From positions 248,001 to 312,000 of the forward strand of contig CAUYUJ010000303.1 of the NCBI GenBank assembly GCA_963575745.1: 64,000 bases of DNA, written 5' to 3'. Below the pieces are notes generated by a model. That model was not told the DNA's origin, did not search any database, and was given only the letters and a program-made list of their open reading frames with translations. Shown here piece after piece: positions 1 through 13,064 of the stretch (within the stretch, counting starts at the first letter, position 1; the number at the start of each line of letters is the position of its first letter). The DNA comes from Prorocentrum cordatum (Eukaryota). The position numbers were made by a program, and so were the translations under genes.

Positions 1-2
1 TG

Positions 3-1176
3 CAGGGTACCACTACGGGGATCTTCCATTGGATCTCCAAAGTATACCAGCACTTTCTGCTGGAGGGCATAGAAGAGCTGACGACATTCAACAAGGTCTC
101 CATTAATGCCCATCATCCAGCCCTCACAGCGCTCCTATCGTTCGACAGAGACTGTGAGGAACAGCACGGATCACCAGGAATCCATCTTTGGCAGGAGCCG
201 GTGGCAACTCCTGCTGCGCCTGGCCAGGCTGAACCAGGCGCTGCCATGCCCGACGCTCCCGTCGAGATACCACAGGACCCAGGCAGTGTTGCTTCGGCAG
301 CACCAGACCCAGAAACGATAGTGCAGGTCCTGGCACAGCAGAAGAAGCTCGACCGCACGGAGGGTGACAACGAGACTACCCTCCAGGCCGAAGCTGCGCG
401 CATCCGCGCAGAGTTGGCCAAGACTTGCGGGAACCTAGACGTATCGGATATCGGATCGACTGAAAACACTGGATTGCCCGGCGATGGGTTGTCGCTCATT
501 GAGATCCAGGGGGTCGGACGATCGGTCGCTTCCCGTGCCGCCGCCGAGCTTAATCGAGATGCAATGAACCAGCTCGGTCATTCTTGCTTCTGGAGCCGGT
601 GGCAACACCCGCTGGGGCAGCCATGGGGATCTCGTTTCGACCGGGGCCCCTGAGTCACTCCAGCATGACATCCCTCGATGCAGCACTTGCAGTCGCTTCC
701 TGTCCCTGGGCGTTGTTACTGACAATGGCACTCTGTTTGACATATGCTGGCAATACAGCACCTCTGCAGGTGCCACAGGAGTTGGCGGCGCTGGGGCTGC
801 CGACCTTGCGCACCTGCAGGAGCTCAACCAGTGAGTCAGGAACGACCTGTCCCACAACGAGGTGGCCCGCCTCATCGCAGAGTGCACGAAGATCTACACC
901 GGGGGGCAGCGTTCGGCTATCAGTGAGCAGCGTAATAAATTGAGGACAGTGGCGAAGAAGGCCGAGGAGAGGTACAATCGGTGGTGCGATGCGGGTTGCC
1001 CACCTGCCCGCTTTTGCCGGCTCGTGGGAGAGCCCGACGACAACGGCCCATTGTACCACCCCCACCGTAACGTCCTTCAGCGCTTCCTCGATGAATCTCG
1101 ATTCCACCGCCAAATGACCGGAGCCCGTGCGGCTATCGGCAAGGTGCCCTGGACCGAGGATGACATACATGTGTGA
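3..1176 (+). pseudogene. Partial coding remnant of unknown function, truncated by the window start and frameshifted (possibly TE-derived)
   Basis: Frame open from 3 to 653 (QGTTTGIFHWISKVYQHFLLEG...). Overlapping protein-like ORFs at 584-943 and 862-1176 suggest two frameshifts. Followed by a short spacer and a (CA)n tract. No motif recognised. Confidence 0.35.
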
Positions 1177-1438
1177 GGCTTGCAATATTCTCTATTCGCA
1201 GCCAAACACTTGGCCTCGCTGGTCGTAGGAATTTGAGGTTAAATGGAGGTAGAATGGCCAGAAGCACTACGCAAGAACGCGGTCTGGTCACGACCGCAGT
1301 TCCCCGTGGGGGCGGCACTTATGACCGGGCCACGCGTCGGAATCTTGCCAAAGCTGCCTGTGTCGGACCTGCCCTGGGATCAAATCGCCATGGGGGGAAG
1401 GGCTCAGGGGTGGGAACCGATCCTGATACCCCCCCCCC

Positions 1439-1464
1439 ACACACACACACACGCACACACACAC

Positions 1465-1495
<31 letters not shown>

Positions 1496-1532
1496 AACAC
1501 ACACACACACACACGCACACACACACACACAC
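1439..1532. repeat. (CA)n microsatellite
   Basis: Directly visible. Confidence 0.97.
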
Positions 1533-1718
1533 GATGCCATGACGCCGCCGCCTCGCGCTGACCCTGGCGACACTGCTGGTGCCCGCGCCACCAGCGCGCT
1601 GGCAGCGATGCCCGCTGGGCGGCGCGGCGACGCCGCCGCCGCCCCGCACCCGAGCGGCTGGCAGCCGGCCGGCAGAAGCGCTGGCGCCCGCGCCCCAGCG
1701 ACGCCCCCGCGGGCCTAG

Positions 1719-1910
1719 CGGGCGCGCACCGCCGACGAGTACGCAGCGCACTGGCGCCACAACCTCGAGGGCAGCCGGTGGGGCCCCAGGTGCTGGAGCT
1801 ACCACAACAACTTCTGGATGTACATCGCGGAGAACAGCGATGAATTCGTGTGCATCCGCGACCTGCAGTGCAATCCTCGATTCTACAATTGGCACGCGCG
1901 GACCGCGCGG
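1719..1910 (+). CDS. Candidate isolated exon (64 codons, RARTADEYAAHWRHNLEGSRWGPRCWSYHNNFWMYIAENSDEFVCIRDLQCNPRFYNWHARTAR)
   Basis: Strong GC3-rich codon pattern, bounded by AG (1717-1718) and GTAACT (1911-1916). Absent from the ORF track. Confidence 0.4.
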
Positions 1911-4900
1911 GTAACTTGGAATCCACTGCCCCTCTGTTGTGAGGCCGTTGTATAGGAGAGGGAACAGATGACAGAGTGTTTACACAGTTTTGAGGAAGTA
2001 GTGAATTCAGCATGGGTCCGGCTTGAAGTGCCTCGAAGAAAGCGCGCGCACCCGAATCGCAGACATATGGATGGCTATATGCGGGCCCAGGACACTTTGC
2101 TTCCCGTCGTCGTCCTCGCCCTTGCCCCGTTCCCCTTCCTTTCCCCCCTCCCCCGGATGGTGTCGAAAGCGTCCGCGGCTCGGGCGGGGGAGAGCCCTTT
2201 CCCACTTCCTTCATTATTCCTCGTTCCTCTTTGCCTCCCTGCTCCACCATCCGTCGTCCTACCTCGCCCGCCCTCCTCGTTCGAAAAGTGAAGTCCCTGG
2301 CGCCGCGTGCCCGCGTCAGCGGTAAATGCTTTTTCGATATCCGAGCACAGCGGCGCAACCAAACAGAGGGGATTGCCAATGCGAGATTTCGGGGCGCACC
2401 CAAAATGCGGGCGGCACGGCCGCCGAGCACAGTCGCATCGCTAACATGTAAATTACAGGTGCCTGCGGCAAGGTCCGCCCCCCCTGCCAGAGCAGTGATC
2501 TATATGGCGACGCGTGGAGCTTTGACTGTTAAGAGGTCCTTGACATGTGACATCTCTCATGTTTTCGGATTGCTGCGCGGCATTTTTTTGGATCCTTCGA
2601 GGCCTTCTGGGCCGTCTTCGGGCCGTTTGGGGCCGCTTTGGCGCCGCGTTGCACCGCGGCCGCCCTGGGCCAGGGAAGCGTGTATTTGCGGCTCTTTCGG
2701 GGGCGCCCTGGGCCGGGGAAGTGTGCATTTGCATCCCCCCCCCCCAGCGGGGCATGTCGACCTCAGTTCTGGGTTGGCAAAGTCGGGGCGCCCTCGAGGT
2801 GGCGAGCGTTCACCTTCTCGAAATACACAGATTAAGGTGTGATCTGTGTACACAGCTTGTGTCTTCAACTGTGTATTTTTGTGTGTGGGCCCGCTGTTTA
2901 CACAGATCGTGGTGCGACCTGTGTACACAGATCTCCTTCCCATCCGTGTATTTGGAGTGTGCCCCTCGCGGGTGGTGTTGAATGGACGGGAACTTTCGCG
3001 TTTCTCTTCCGGCTGGTCCAGGGGCGGCGTCGTGCGCGGTCGAAATACACAGTTCGTGTCTCCAGCTGTGCATTTGTTGCGCGCCTCTCGCTGGAGTGGT
3101 CACTGGGCGGGAGTTTCCGCGGGTCTCCTTGCTGGTCCAGGAGGGGGCCGTGGTCTGGGCACGCAAAGGCGCGGGGGGGTGGGGATGGTGGGCTGTGGGA
3201 AGGAAGGGGTTCGATAGGAGGGGTGGCCGAGGGGCCAAGGATGAACGGGGCTGGACGAGAGCGGAGGAAGAGAGCCCAGGAGGATTTGCATCATCGGCGT
3301 CAGCATCACGAGGGCGATGGAGGTGGGGGAGGGCAGAAATTGGGGGCATGATGTGCACTAGGGCGTAGAGGATGGGAGGAGGACAGGCATGTGAGCGATG
3401 GGGGAACGAATCCGGCGCAGGAGGACGACGAGGAACGACGTGAATTGACGCATGGGGGGGGCAGTGTAGATGAAGGGCATGATGAGGACCGGGGCAATCG
3501 GAGGGGCATGAGGAGGGTGGGGCCGCAGCGAAGGGATATTTGGAAAAGGCGAGGGATGGGGCATGAGTTCGAAGCGGGCGCCAGCTAACGATTAGCTGAG
3601 CAGTGTTTTGCGTGTCCGCGCACCCCCAGAGCACAGTGACTGGTCGCAGAACTTCATGATCTGGGTAATCGTGCGCTTCGTGCTTCCAGGCCAAAGGCTC
3701 GAGTCCGCGACGCCCGTTGGCGTCGCGATGATGCCGCCCCGATCTGCCAGACCGCATATGCACAGATGCGCAGAATATGTGTTGCAACGTTTGTTTCATG
3801 ACCCTCTCTATATTAACAGACCCACGTTGGAACCCAATGGGTATCCTATACGACGAGCTTCACTGGCATCGATGGCCACCGTGTTTGGGCCAGTGAGTTC
3901 TACCCGCGCGGCAGTGCTCAGTAATTCCGGGCGCAAGGCCCACTGCTCGAGTTTGCCTGAACTTAGTCTTTACAGAGTTCGCCTCGAGCAGTAAATACAC
4001 AACCTTTTGGCACTTCGCGATCTACGACAAGTGGCTTCTTATACACATCTTCGTGATGTCCGAGGCGCGCCCCATATGGGGCTCTGCTGAGGAAACCCAC
4101 CCAATGCAGAATTTGCGTTTGAAGCTTTTCGTGTTCTTCAACACGACGCTGAATTCACGTTGACTGCGTGAATCTTCTGTGCGACAGCTTCCGCATTACA
4201 GACGACGAGACTTAGAGTATGATCCTGTACCCAGCTTTAGTTTGAGGCTGGTGGCAACGCCCGCTGTGTCCTTCCTGTGCAAACATGGCTGGACGCAGCG
4301 GCTTTCGATGTGGTTCTAATTTGTTCAGATCCTCTTGCCCCGCTCACCCGTGCCCCATTCCTCTCCACCCTCGCGCGCCGAAGCGTTTTTGGGGGGCGCG
4401 CCGAAGGGCGCCAAAGTGTGTTCGGAAAGGATTATGGACACTTGGGTGCTCCGTCGTCCTCGCCCTGCCCGTTCTCACCAGCACGGGCTCTACAAACTTC
4501 TGCGCGCTGCTGATGTGTTCGGGACGTAGCAGAGGCGCTACGTACATTTGCGCCCTGCTACTTGTGCACTTCGAGGAGTAAGAGGGTGACGGGTTATTTC
4601 TTCCTTTTCCCGAGTCCTGCCCGAACGGGCGGGATTCGGGACGGGGTGTGTGACAGGAACCCGTCTCATACCCTCATCTCTACTCCTCACTCGCTTGTTT
4701 GCTCGCCTGATTGGCTCAAGGTACTGGAAGAGACCAGGACGCTGGTCGCGCAGGGGGAAAAGATCCTTATCTGTCCCTCCTTCCTCTACCTACGGATCAG
4801 GGGTTCCGTACCTTTGTACTCTAACCCCATACACAGAAACGGCACCTTCGTCCTCGCGTCGTGTAGTTTTGTTCCTGAAGGTTGCGTTCACCATAGCTTG

Positions 4901-5224
4901 CGACCCATGTGTTTCTTTCGCCAAGTTGCCAGGATCGGGTTCGCGGCCCAGCAAACGAAATTATATTTTCGCTTCAGAGTTCAGGTTAATTTTGAAGGTT
5001 GTGTTTCCGCGGCCGCGTCTCGCTTCAGCTCGGACGTGTGTTTCTCAGACATTGCCGGGTGCCCGGCAGAAGTGGGACGCGGTGCTTATCGCGCGCGAAA
5101 GGGCGAATTGCGGTTCTCGCCGCGGTTCCGAGGAGCAAGAAGTCATGATCCCCCAATCAGTGCATACATTGAAAGGGGTCCTAGCGGATATTGGGGCGAG
5201 AAAGTACCGGGCCGCTTTCGGAAG

Positions 5225-5540
5225 GCGGCTGGGTTTCCGGGTTCCGGGTTCCCGGGTTTCCGATTCCGGGTTCCAGGCAGATTTCGGTGGGCGGTGGGGT
5301 TCCCGGGTTCTTGGACTTTTGGTCGATCGTTTTATCGATCGGTCTCACCATCGATCTTATTATTCATTTTTCCAACGATGTCACGATCGATCTCGCAATC
5401 GATCTCATTATAGATCGCACAAGCGATGTTACGATCGATCTCATTATCGATGTCATTGAATCGACTTCACGATCGGTCGCACGATCGACCTTACAATCGT
5501 TTTCACAATCGATTCCACCATCGATCCCACAATCGATATT
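5225..5540. repeat. Low-complexity GGGTTCC tract followed by an ATCGAT/TCGATC-rich degenerate repeat
   Basis: Directly visible. Confidence 0.8.
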
Positions 5541-5662
5541 GGATATTCTGGCATATTGGAGCGCATCTTGAGTCCACCCTATCATAGCATCGTCCTCGCC
5601 CCAACAGCGCTGCGCTGGCTTCTGTTGAGCAGCGAGTTCCTACAGGCGGCCCGGATTAGTAC

Positions 5663-5798
5663 GTCGACCCTGCTAAGTCAAGGGTACCTTTGTGTCTTGT
5701 GTCTCGCGACCCATGCTTCCTACATTCCTGTGGCAATGTGGCCCTCGGAAAGGGTCTTGTGTCCTCTCGCGTGTCCTGTCCAATCGAGTCCGACTGTA
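5663..5798. repeat. Dispersed repeat, second copy at about 59691-59824
   Basis: Shared block ...gggtcttgtgtcctctcgcgtgtcctgtccaatcgagtccg... Confidence 0.85.
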
Positions 5799-5907
5799 AG
5801 GCGCGGCGACCACTGTTTGTTCGCCGAGTCCTTTGCATCGAGGCGCGCTCCCGAGAGATCAATCCGCTGCGTTCGCTCGGGCGCTGCGCAGATGCTCCCT
5901 GAGAGCT

Positions 5908-6052
5908 CCAGGAGGGGAAAAACACACAGACACAATTAATCGTCGACTCCCAGGAAAATACGGGAAGTGGGGGGGAAGACACAGACCCAAAACATATGGG
6001 AAAACATAGGAAATCTTGTCACTCGTGTGTATCTATTCGTGCGTCCCTGGGC
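5908..6052. repeat. Dispersed repeat, diverged copy at about 54403-54568
   Basis: Shared caggaggggaaa...taatcgtcga...gggaagtggggggg...atcttgt...gtgcgtccc scaffold. Confidence 0.7.
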
Positions 6053-6159
6053 TCCTTGAGAGCTGCGTTCTCGCATGGACGCGGCGAACGTTCCCCGGTC
6101 GCTGGGAGGTTGGCCGCGGACCGCTGGCACGCTGGCACGATCGAGCTGGGCAGCCTGAC

Positions 6160-6285
6160 ATCCTCCTCCTCATCCGCCTCCTCCTGGTCCTCCTCCTCCT
6201 CCTGGTCACCTCCTCTCCTCCTCCTCCTCCTCCTCCTCCTCCTCCCTCCTCCTCCATTCCTCCTCCTCCTCCTCCTCCTCCTCCT
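6160..6285. repeat. (CCT)n microsatellite; similar tracts at 7740-7910, 33640-33888 and 58686-58835, and (GGA)n at 37075-37200 and 52180-52275
   Basis: Directly visible. Confidence 0.95.
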
Positions 6286-6376
6286 GCGTGGGGCATGGGC
6301 GGAGGCAGGCCGAGCGCCTCGAGGAAATGAGAGGGTGCCTCGAGGAGGAAGCAGTACTTTTGTGGTGGACGATCAG

Positions 6377-6539
6377 TGGAGAGGAAGCATGGTGCCAAGT
6401 AATTTCCAGATGTCCACATCATGTTTTAAACATGTAAAAACATGTTTGAAATATGTTTAGAACATGTTTCCGACATTTTAAACGCACTTTAAATTCAATG
6501 ACAGGATTGTTAGGGTGTCCATTGTCGTGGCATCCACAA
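6377..6539. repeat. AT-rich dispersed repeat, second copy at about 53684-53844
   Basis: Shared tggagaggaagca...taatttccagatgtc...aaattcaatga.aggattgttagggtgtccattgt. Confidence 0.85.
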
Positions 6540-8156
6540 CCATACAAGAGGCTGTTGCCGGCGGCTTTGCGGCGCTGGGAGCTTGCATCCGCAAAATGGC
6601 CACGACTCGACGCTGCAGTGAAGGCGGGTTGGTTTTTCGCGATCCGAGGTCTGCGGACGAGGACGAGCGTGACTTCTCGGTTGACGTTGAGCGATTAGAA
6701 GACCGGGCAGGTGGTTACGGGTACAAATGTTCAAGGGCCCACGCATGCGCACACTACAAATCCATATCAGCGTCATTGAAGCTTGGATCGCAAATCCGTT
6801 GTGGTGTGGTGTTGGATTGCAACATGGTTGCTGACATCCACATATGGTTACCTACGCACTCAGGTGTGGTAGCCGACCTACGCAAGCCCACATCGCAACC
6901 AAATGAAGCATGACATCGGCACCACATGTGAATTCCATCGACCAGTCCGGGACGAGCATCTGAGGACATGTCCCGCAAAGATGTATGATGCAGCAGAACA
7001 CGAAGCCCTCCACTCTTGCCTGATCGTTGAGTCAGCACGTGCGCGAAGCTGCGGGGTTCCTTGTCTTTGCCATTGACCTCCCTGGAAGAAGTCATATCCC
7101 CTTGCCCACCCCGATTCCTGACGTCGGATTTTTCCACAACCTGGCTCCCCAGAGGTCTCGACCCCTTCCCCTGGAGTAGCTTTTCACCCTGGCTCGTTTC
7201 TGTTGACAGTCGTGGGGGCCGAAAATTGCCGAAACCTTCCGTCGGGGCTTCTGCTGTCAACTCGAGGGGTCTGGGTCCCCGTTCGAACATCTACCATTTG
7301 ACCTGTTCACGCGGTGCGTTCTGGTCAGAATTCAATGAGGAATCCGGCCGCGGCGACGAGGGGCCCCCCGGGGGCTCAGCAAGAGCGAAAACAAAGGAAA
7401 AGTTCGACGGAACCTCGTGAATTCCAGCGGGCCCTTGGCGTTTCGCAGTGGGGCGGGGGGGGGCGGCAAATGAGAAGGCGGGTGGGGGGGGTCGAGGATT
7501 GCAGGAACCAGCACCTGAAAAGGCTGGGGCCCCGAAGGTGCACGAAGGGTCCCCCATTGATCGCGCGCGCCGCCGCGGCCCGCAGGCCGGACCGCTGGGG
7601 CGAGCTCGCCCGAAGGGGGCCGCGGCCAGGCTGGCCTGTGATCTCGGCTCGGCGGGGCGCCGCGGCTGCCGGGTCCGAGCGCGCCGGGCTCGCCCGCGCG
7701 TCGTCTCCTCTGGGGGCGGTGCGCGGAAGGGGGCAGGGCTCCCTCCTCCTCTTGGGGGGGGGGCTCCTCTCCCCTCCTCCTCCTCCTCCTCGCTTCCTCC
7801 TCCTTCCTCCTAACTCCTCCTCCTCCTCTCTCTCCTCCTCCTCCTCTCCCTCCCTCCTCTCCTCATCCTCCTCCTCCTCCTCCTCCTCCCCCTCCTCCTC
7901 CTCCTCCTCCACAATTCCACCATACTTATACTTATCTTCTCTCTCCCCTCACTCTGTCCTGAGAGTCTCCCGTCCTCTCCGCGCATTATGGTTTTACTCG
8001 TGATTTCATGTATTTGCTCGTTCCTATATTTTTCCCTACCTAGGCTCTGCCTAGAAGGGTTCTTACTCTCTTAGCTTAAAGGGGCCGGGCAGTGCAACAC
8101 GCCCCGGGCGGTTCCCCCAGTCCCCTGGGAGCGGTTCCCCCCAGTCCCCTGGGAGT

Positions 8157-8570
8157 TTTAGCTTTAGCTTTAGCTTTACCGGTAGCTTAGCGTTAGCTTA
8201 GCATTAACTTAGCTGTAGCTTAGCTTTAGCTTAGCGTTTCGCTTAGCTTTTCGTTTAGCGTTTAGCTTAGCTTTAGCTCAGCTTGAGCTTAGCTTGAGCT
8301 TAGCTTGAGCTTAGCTTTAGCTTAGCTGTAGCTTAGCTTTAGCTTAGCTTTAGCGTAGCTTTGACTTGGCTTTAGCTTAGCTTTAGCTTAGCTGTAGCTT
8401 AGATTTAGCTTAGCTTTAGCTTAGCTTTAACTGAGCTTTAGCTTAGCTTTAGCTTAGCTTTAGCTTAGCTTTAGCTTAGCTTTAGCTTAACTTTAGCTTA
8501 GCTGTGGATTCGCTTTAGCTTAGCTTTAGCTTAGCTTTAGCTTAGCTTTAGCTTAGCTTTAGCTTAGCGT
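8157..8570. repeat. (TTAGC-TTTAGC)n 11-bp satellite
   Basis: Directly visible. Confidence 0.95.
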
Positions 8571-9095
8571 TACTGTTACTACTAATGCTGCTTTCCTAGG
8601 GGTTCCAACTCCTAGGTAGGGTCGCACTGGGATAATTTTTTCATTCCGAACGTTTCTGGTTCTTCCAAAACTGGTGCTCCCGCTACAGGGCCGCCCTCAT
8701 TTCCGCGCTTTGGTCAGTCAAAATCATGCTCCCGCTGCTGCGCTGGCCTCGTTCACTCCAAGGCATCAGGTGCCATGCCACGGCATGCAATGCGATGCTG
8801 TGTTGTGCACCGCTGTGCGATGCCATGGTATGTGTTGCTATGCTTTGTGATACAATGATGCAATGCTGCAATGCTTCACTACGCAATGCCACGCCATGCT
8901 ATGACATGTTATGTATTGCCGTGCTCTTGTACATGTCATGCTTTTAAATCCATCCGGTACCCTCTTGGGATCATTGCCCTGCTCGACATCCGACTGTGCA
9001 AACCGATCGGAGACATCTGTGAGGGAGTGCTAGAACGCCAGATGCGACGCTAGCGCACCTAGCTTGTTCTCCCCCCCTCCCCCTCCTCCCTTCTC

Positions 9096-9807
9096 TGGCG
9101 GTGCGCACAAGGGGGTGGAGTGAGGAGGGAGGGCTTCTTAGAAGGAGGCTGCTTCTTAGAAGGCGGCGGCCTCACATCTGTAGATGGGGCCCGCGCCTTC
9201 TAAGAAGCAGGGGTGCTTCTACGAAGCCCTCCCCCCTCCCCCCACCCCCCTCTGCGCGTGGCTCCCTCCTCCCCATCCCCCCTCCCGCCCACCAGCAGGG
9301 CACCGCGGCGTGGCGGGCAGGGCGGGGACACCCCCATCGGCAGGGGAGGGCGGCCCAGGCCCTCTCTAACCTCCAGCATGGGAGCCCTCGGAGTTCCTTT
9401 CGCTGGTGCTTGAGAGTCGGGCAAGTTGCATTCAGCCACGCGCAGAGGAGGGTGGGGGGAGGGGGGAGGCCTTCTTAGAAGCACCTCGGGTCGGGCGGAG
9501 GGGGGGATTGGGAAAGGGGGGGTTACGAAATTTGCTGCATGCAGCTGGTTTCGGCCTCACCGAGGGGCCCATTCCTCGATACATAGCCGCCTCCGGCGCC
9601 GGGAGGCGCCGGGAAAATCAGCTACGTGAGCTGATTCTCAAACCCCCTCTTTGCTATCCCCCCTTTCGCCCGACCCGATCTTAGAAGCACCCCTGCTTCG
9701 TAGAAGGCGCGGGCCTTGTCTATATATGTAAGGCTGCCGCATTCTAAGAAGCAGCCTCCTTCTAAGAAGCCCTCCCTCCTCACTCCACCCCCTTGTGCGC
9801 GCCGCCA
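9096..9807. mobile_element. Foldback/MITE-like element with about 125-bp terminal inverted repeats and nested internal inverted repeats
   Basis: 9096-9221 is a near reverse complement of 9682-9807. Inner inverted pairs at 9212-9263/9434-9485 and at the two ends of 9486-9678. Confidence 0.75.
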
Positions 9808-10269
9808 ATGCATGGAGGGCACGACGACGACCGCCAATGACCGGGCACGACGGCCGCTGGCTGCGCGCCGCTCCACGACGGAGGCTTAGCCATCTCGTGC
9901 CATTGCGAAGCCTTACGGCCAGCGCCGCCGACCTTGAAGGGGCGGAAACTCCCCCTGGACATGGCCCCCCGCTGAGACCCCGGGCGAAGGCGGCGCTCTG
10001 GCCCAGAACCGCCCCCCCACCCAACCACAGGCAGGACCCCGCCCCTGGATCCCCGCTGGCGACCCCCACGCTGGGACCCGCCAGGACACGGCAACCGCTG
10101 GTTTCGCCGACGGCTGGTTTCGCCCAGTTGGTTTCGCCCGGCTGGTTGCGCCGCCCAGCGAAACCACGTGCCTTCGGCGAAACCAGCTTCCGTCGGCGAA
10201 ACGAGCTTCCGTCGACGAAACCAGCTGCTGTCGGCGAAATCAGTTGCCGCTGGCGAAACTGCCCGATAC

Positions 10270-12585
10270 GACCCGCCCGACCCGGCCCGCCCGCCCGACC
10301 CGGCCCGCCCGCTAGGGTTCGCGCGCGTTTGGTCGAGCGCGCCCCGCACTTTAACGCCCCGCCCGCCCGGCCCGACGCGCCCGATAGGGTTCGCGAGTGC
10401 TGGGTCGAGCGCGCCGCGCATTCCAGCGCCCCGCCCGCTCGACCCGACCCGCCCGTCAGAGTCCGCCTGGCCCGACCCAGCCCGCCCGCTAGGTTCCGCC
10501 TGCCCAACCCGACCCGCCCGCCAGGGTTCGCCCGTGTTCGGTCGAGGGCGCCCCGCATTGTAATGCCCCCCCCGCCCGGCCCGACCCGCCTGTTAGGGTC
10601 CGCCCGCCCGACCCGGCCCGACCCGCCCGCTAGAGTCCGCCGCCCGACCCGAGGCGCCCGTTTGGGTTCGCGCGCGTTCGGTCGAGCGCACTTTGATGCC
10701 CCGCCTGCCCAACCCGACCCGCCGGTTAGGGTCCACCCGCCCGGGCCGACCCGAGCCGCCCGCTAGGGCCCGCCCGGCCCTACCCGACCCGACCGCCCGA
10801 CACGGCCCGCCCTCTAAGGCCCGCCCACCCGACCCGACCCGACCCGCCCGCTAAGGCCCGCCCGCCCGACCCAAGCCGCCTCGTTAGGGCTCGCGCGTGT
10901 TCGCGGGAGTGCGCAACAATGTTTAATGTCCTGCCCAACCAGATCCGACCGTCAAGGTCTGCCCGCCCGACCCGACCCGACCCGCCTTCCCGCCCGCTAA
11001 GGCCCGCCCGCCCGACCCGACCTGTCCGGCACGGTTCGCGCGCGATCGGTCGAGCGCGCTCCGCAGTTTCATGGCCCGCCCGCCCGGCCCGACGCGCCCG
11101 TGGCGGTCCGCCCGCCCAACCCGACCTGGCCCGCCCGCGACGGTCCGCCCGCTCGACCCGAGCCGCCCGCAAGGTTTCGCGCGTGCTCGGTCGAGCGTGC
11201 CACGCACTTGAATGTCCCGCCCGCCCGACCCGACCCAAGATCAGGGTCTGCCTGCCCGACCCGAGCCGACCCGCCCGCCCGACCCGACCTTCCCGGCTGG
11301 GTTCGCGCGTGCTTGGTCGAACGCGCCACGCACTTCAATGTCCCACACGCCCGACCCGACCCGCCCGTCAGCGTCCGCCCGGCCCGGCCCGACCCGCCCG
11401 TTCGGGTCCGCCCGCCCGACCCGACCCGCCCGTCAGGGTTCGGGTGGAGCGGGCCAGGTCGGGCGGGCGGGACTTTTAAGAGCGGGGTCCGCCCGACCCG
11501 ACCTGGCCCGACCGCCCGATCCGACCAGCCCGTTAAGGCCCGCCCGACCCGACCCAACCCGACCCGTCCGCCAGGGTCCGCCCGCCCGACCCAATCCGCC
11601 CCAGTAGGGCTCGCACGAGTTCGCGCGAACGCGCCCCAATGTTTGCCCCGCCCGACCAGATCGGACCGTCAGGGTCCACCCGCCCGACCCGACCCGACCC
11701 GCCCGCTAGGATCCGCCCGCCCGACCCGACCCGCCCGTTACAGTTCGAACGTGCTTGGTCGAGCGCACCCTCATGTTCATGCCCCGCCCGACCCGACCCG
11801 CCCGCGCCTTGAGGGTCCGCCCGCCCGATCCGACCCGCTCGTTACGGTTCGCGCGTGTTTGGTCGAGCGTGCCCCTTTTTTTCAAAAGTCCCGCCTGCCC
11901 AACCTGACCCACCCGTTAGGGCCCGCCCGACCCGACCCGACCCGCCCGCAAGGGTCCGCCCGCCCGACCCGACCCGACCCGACCGTTAAGGTCCGCCGCC
12001 TGACCCGAGCCGCCCCGTTAGGGCTCGCGCGCGTTCGCGGGAACGCGCCCTGATGTTGAATGCCCCGCCCGACCCGATCCGACCGTCAGGATCTGCCCGA
12101 CCCGTCCCGTCCCGACCCGCCCGCTAAGGTCCGCCCGCCCGACCCAAACCGTTTCGTTAGGGCTCGCGCGTGTTCGCGGGAACGCGCCCTCATGTTTAAT
12201 GTCCCGCCCGGCCCGATTCGACCGCCAGGGTCCGCCCGCGTGACCCGACCCGACCCGGCCCGCTAGGCGCCGCCCAGCCGACCCGACCCGCCCGTTACGG
12301 TTCGCGCGTGCTTGGTCGAGCGTGTCCGACCCGACGCGCCAGCGCCCTTCAGGGCTGCCCAACAATATTTCGATGTCCCCCCGACCCGACCTGCCCGCGC
12401 TCTTTAGGGTCCGCCCGCCCGACCCGATCTGACCCGCCCGTTAGGGTCCGCCCGCCCGACTCGCGACCCGCTCGTTACGATTCGCGTGTGTTCGGTCGAA
12501 CGCGCCCCACACTTTAAATGTCCCGCCTGCCTGACCCGACCCGCCCGTTGGGGTTCGCCCGTTTGGGTCCACCCGACGCCCGACG
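10270..12585. repeat. Complex GC-rich (CCCGA/CCCG)n satellite with higher-order ttagggtccgccc / ggttcgcgcgtg units
   Basis: Directly visible; paralog at 37543-38030. Confidence 0.92.
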
Positions 12586-12587
12586 CC

Positions 12588-12697
<110 letters not shown>

Positions 12698-12921
12698 ACG
12701 GCGATGCCGACGGCGACGACGGCGTCGGCGAAAACAGCGCGGGCGAAAGCAGCCGACGGCGAAACCAGCGCCAGCGAAACCAGCGCCAGCGAAACTAGCG
12801 CCGGCGAAACCAGCGCCAGCGAAACTAGCGGGGCGAAACCAGTTCATTCCCCGGGGCACCGGGGTGTTGCAGCATTCTGACCCGGGACCAGCCCCCCACC
12901 CCTTGGGACCCGTTGGGGCTA

Positions 12922-13064
12922 AGTCGGGCCTGTCTTTTTACACGGGGAATACTCAAGAAATAGTCAGGGGACGCTGTTTTAACTATGTTTGAGCTTTTTG
13001 GGAATATTTGGAGGGTACTTGTATGTTTCGTCCAAAATCTGCCTGCAGCGGGACGTGCCCGACC
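12922..13064. mobile_element. MITE-like element (TIR RGTCGGGCMYGTC..., TA flanks); uninterrupted paralog of the retrotransposon target
   Basis: TA|agtcgggcctgtc ... gacgtgcccgacc|TA. Confidence 0.7.

Noticed and set aside
4711..4720. ttggctcaag, the 3' end of DinoSL
   Set aside because: Only 10 nt match, the upstream part does not resemble the SL, and no gene follows.
8157..8570. True telomere array
   Set aside because: The unit is TTAGC/TTTAGC without a G-run, and it is internal to the window.
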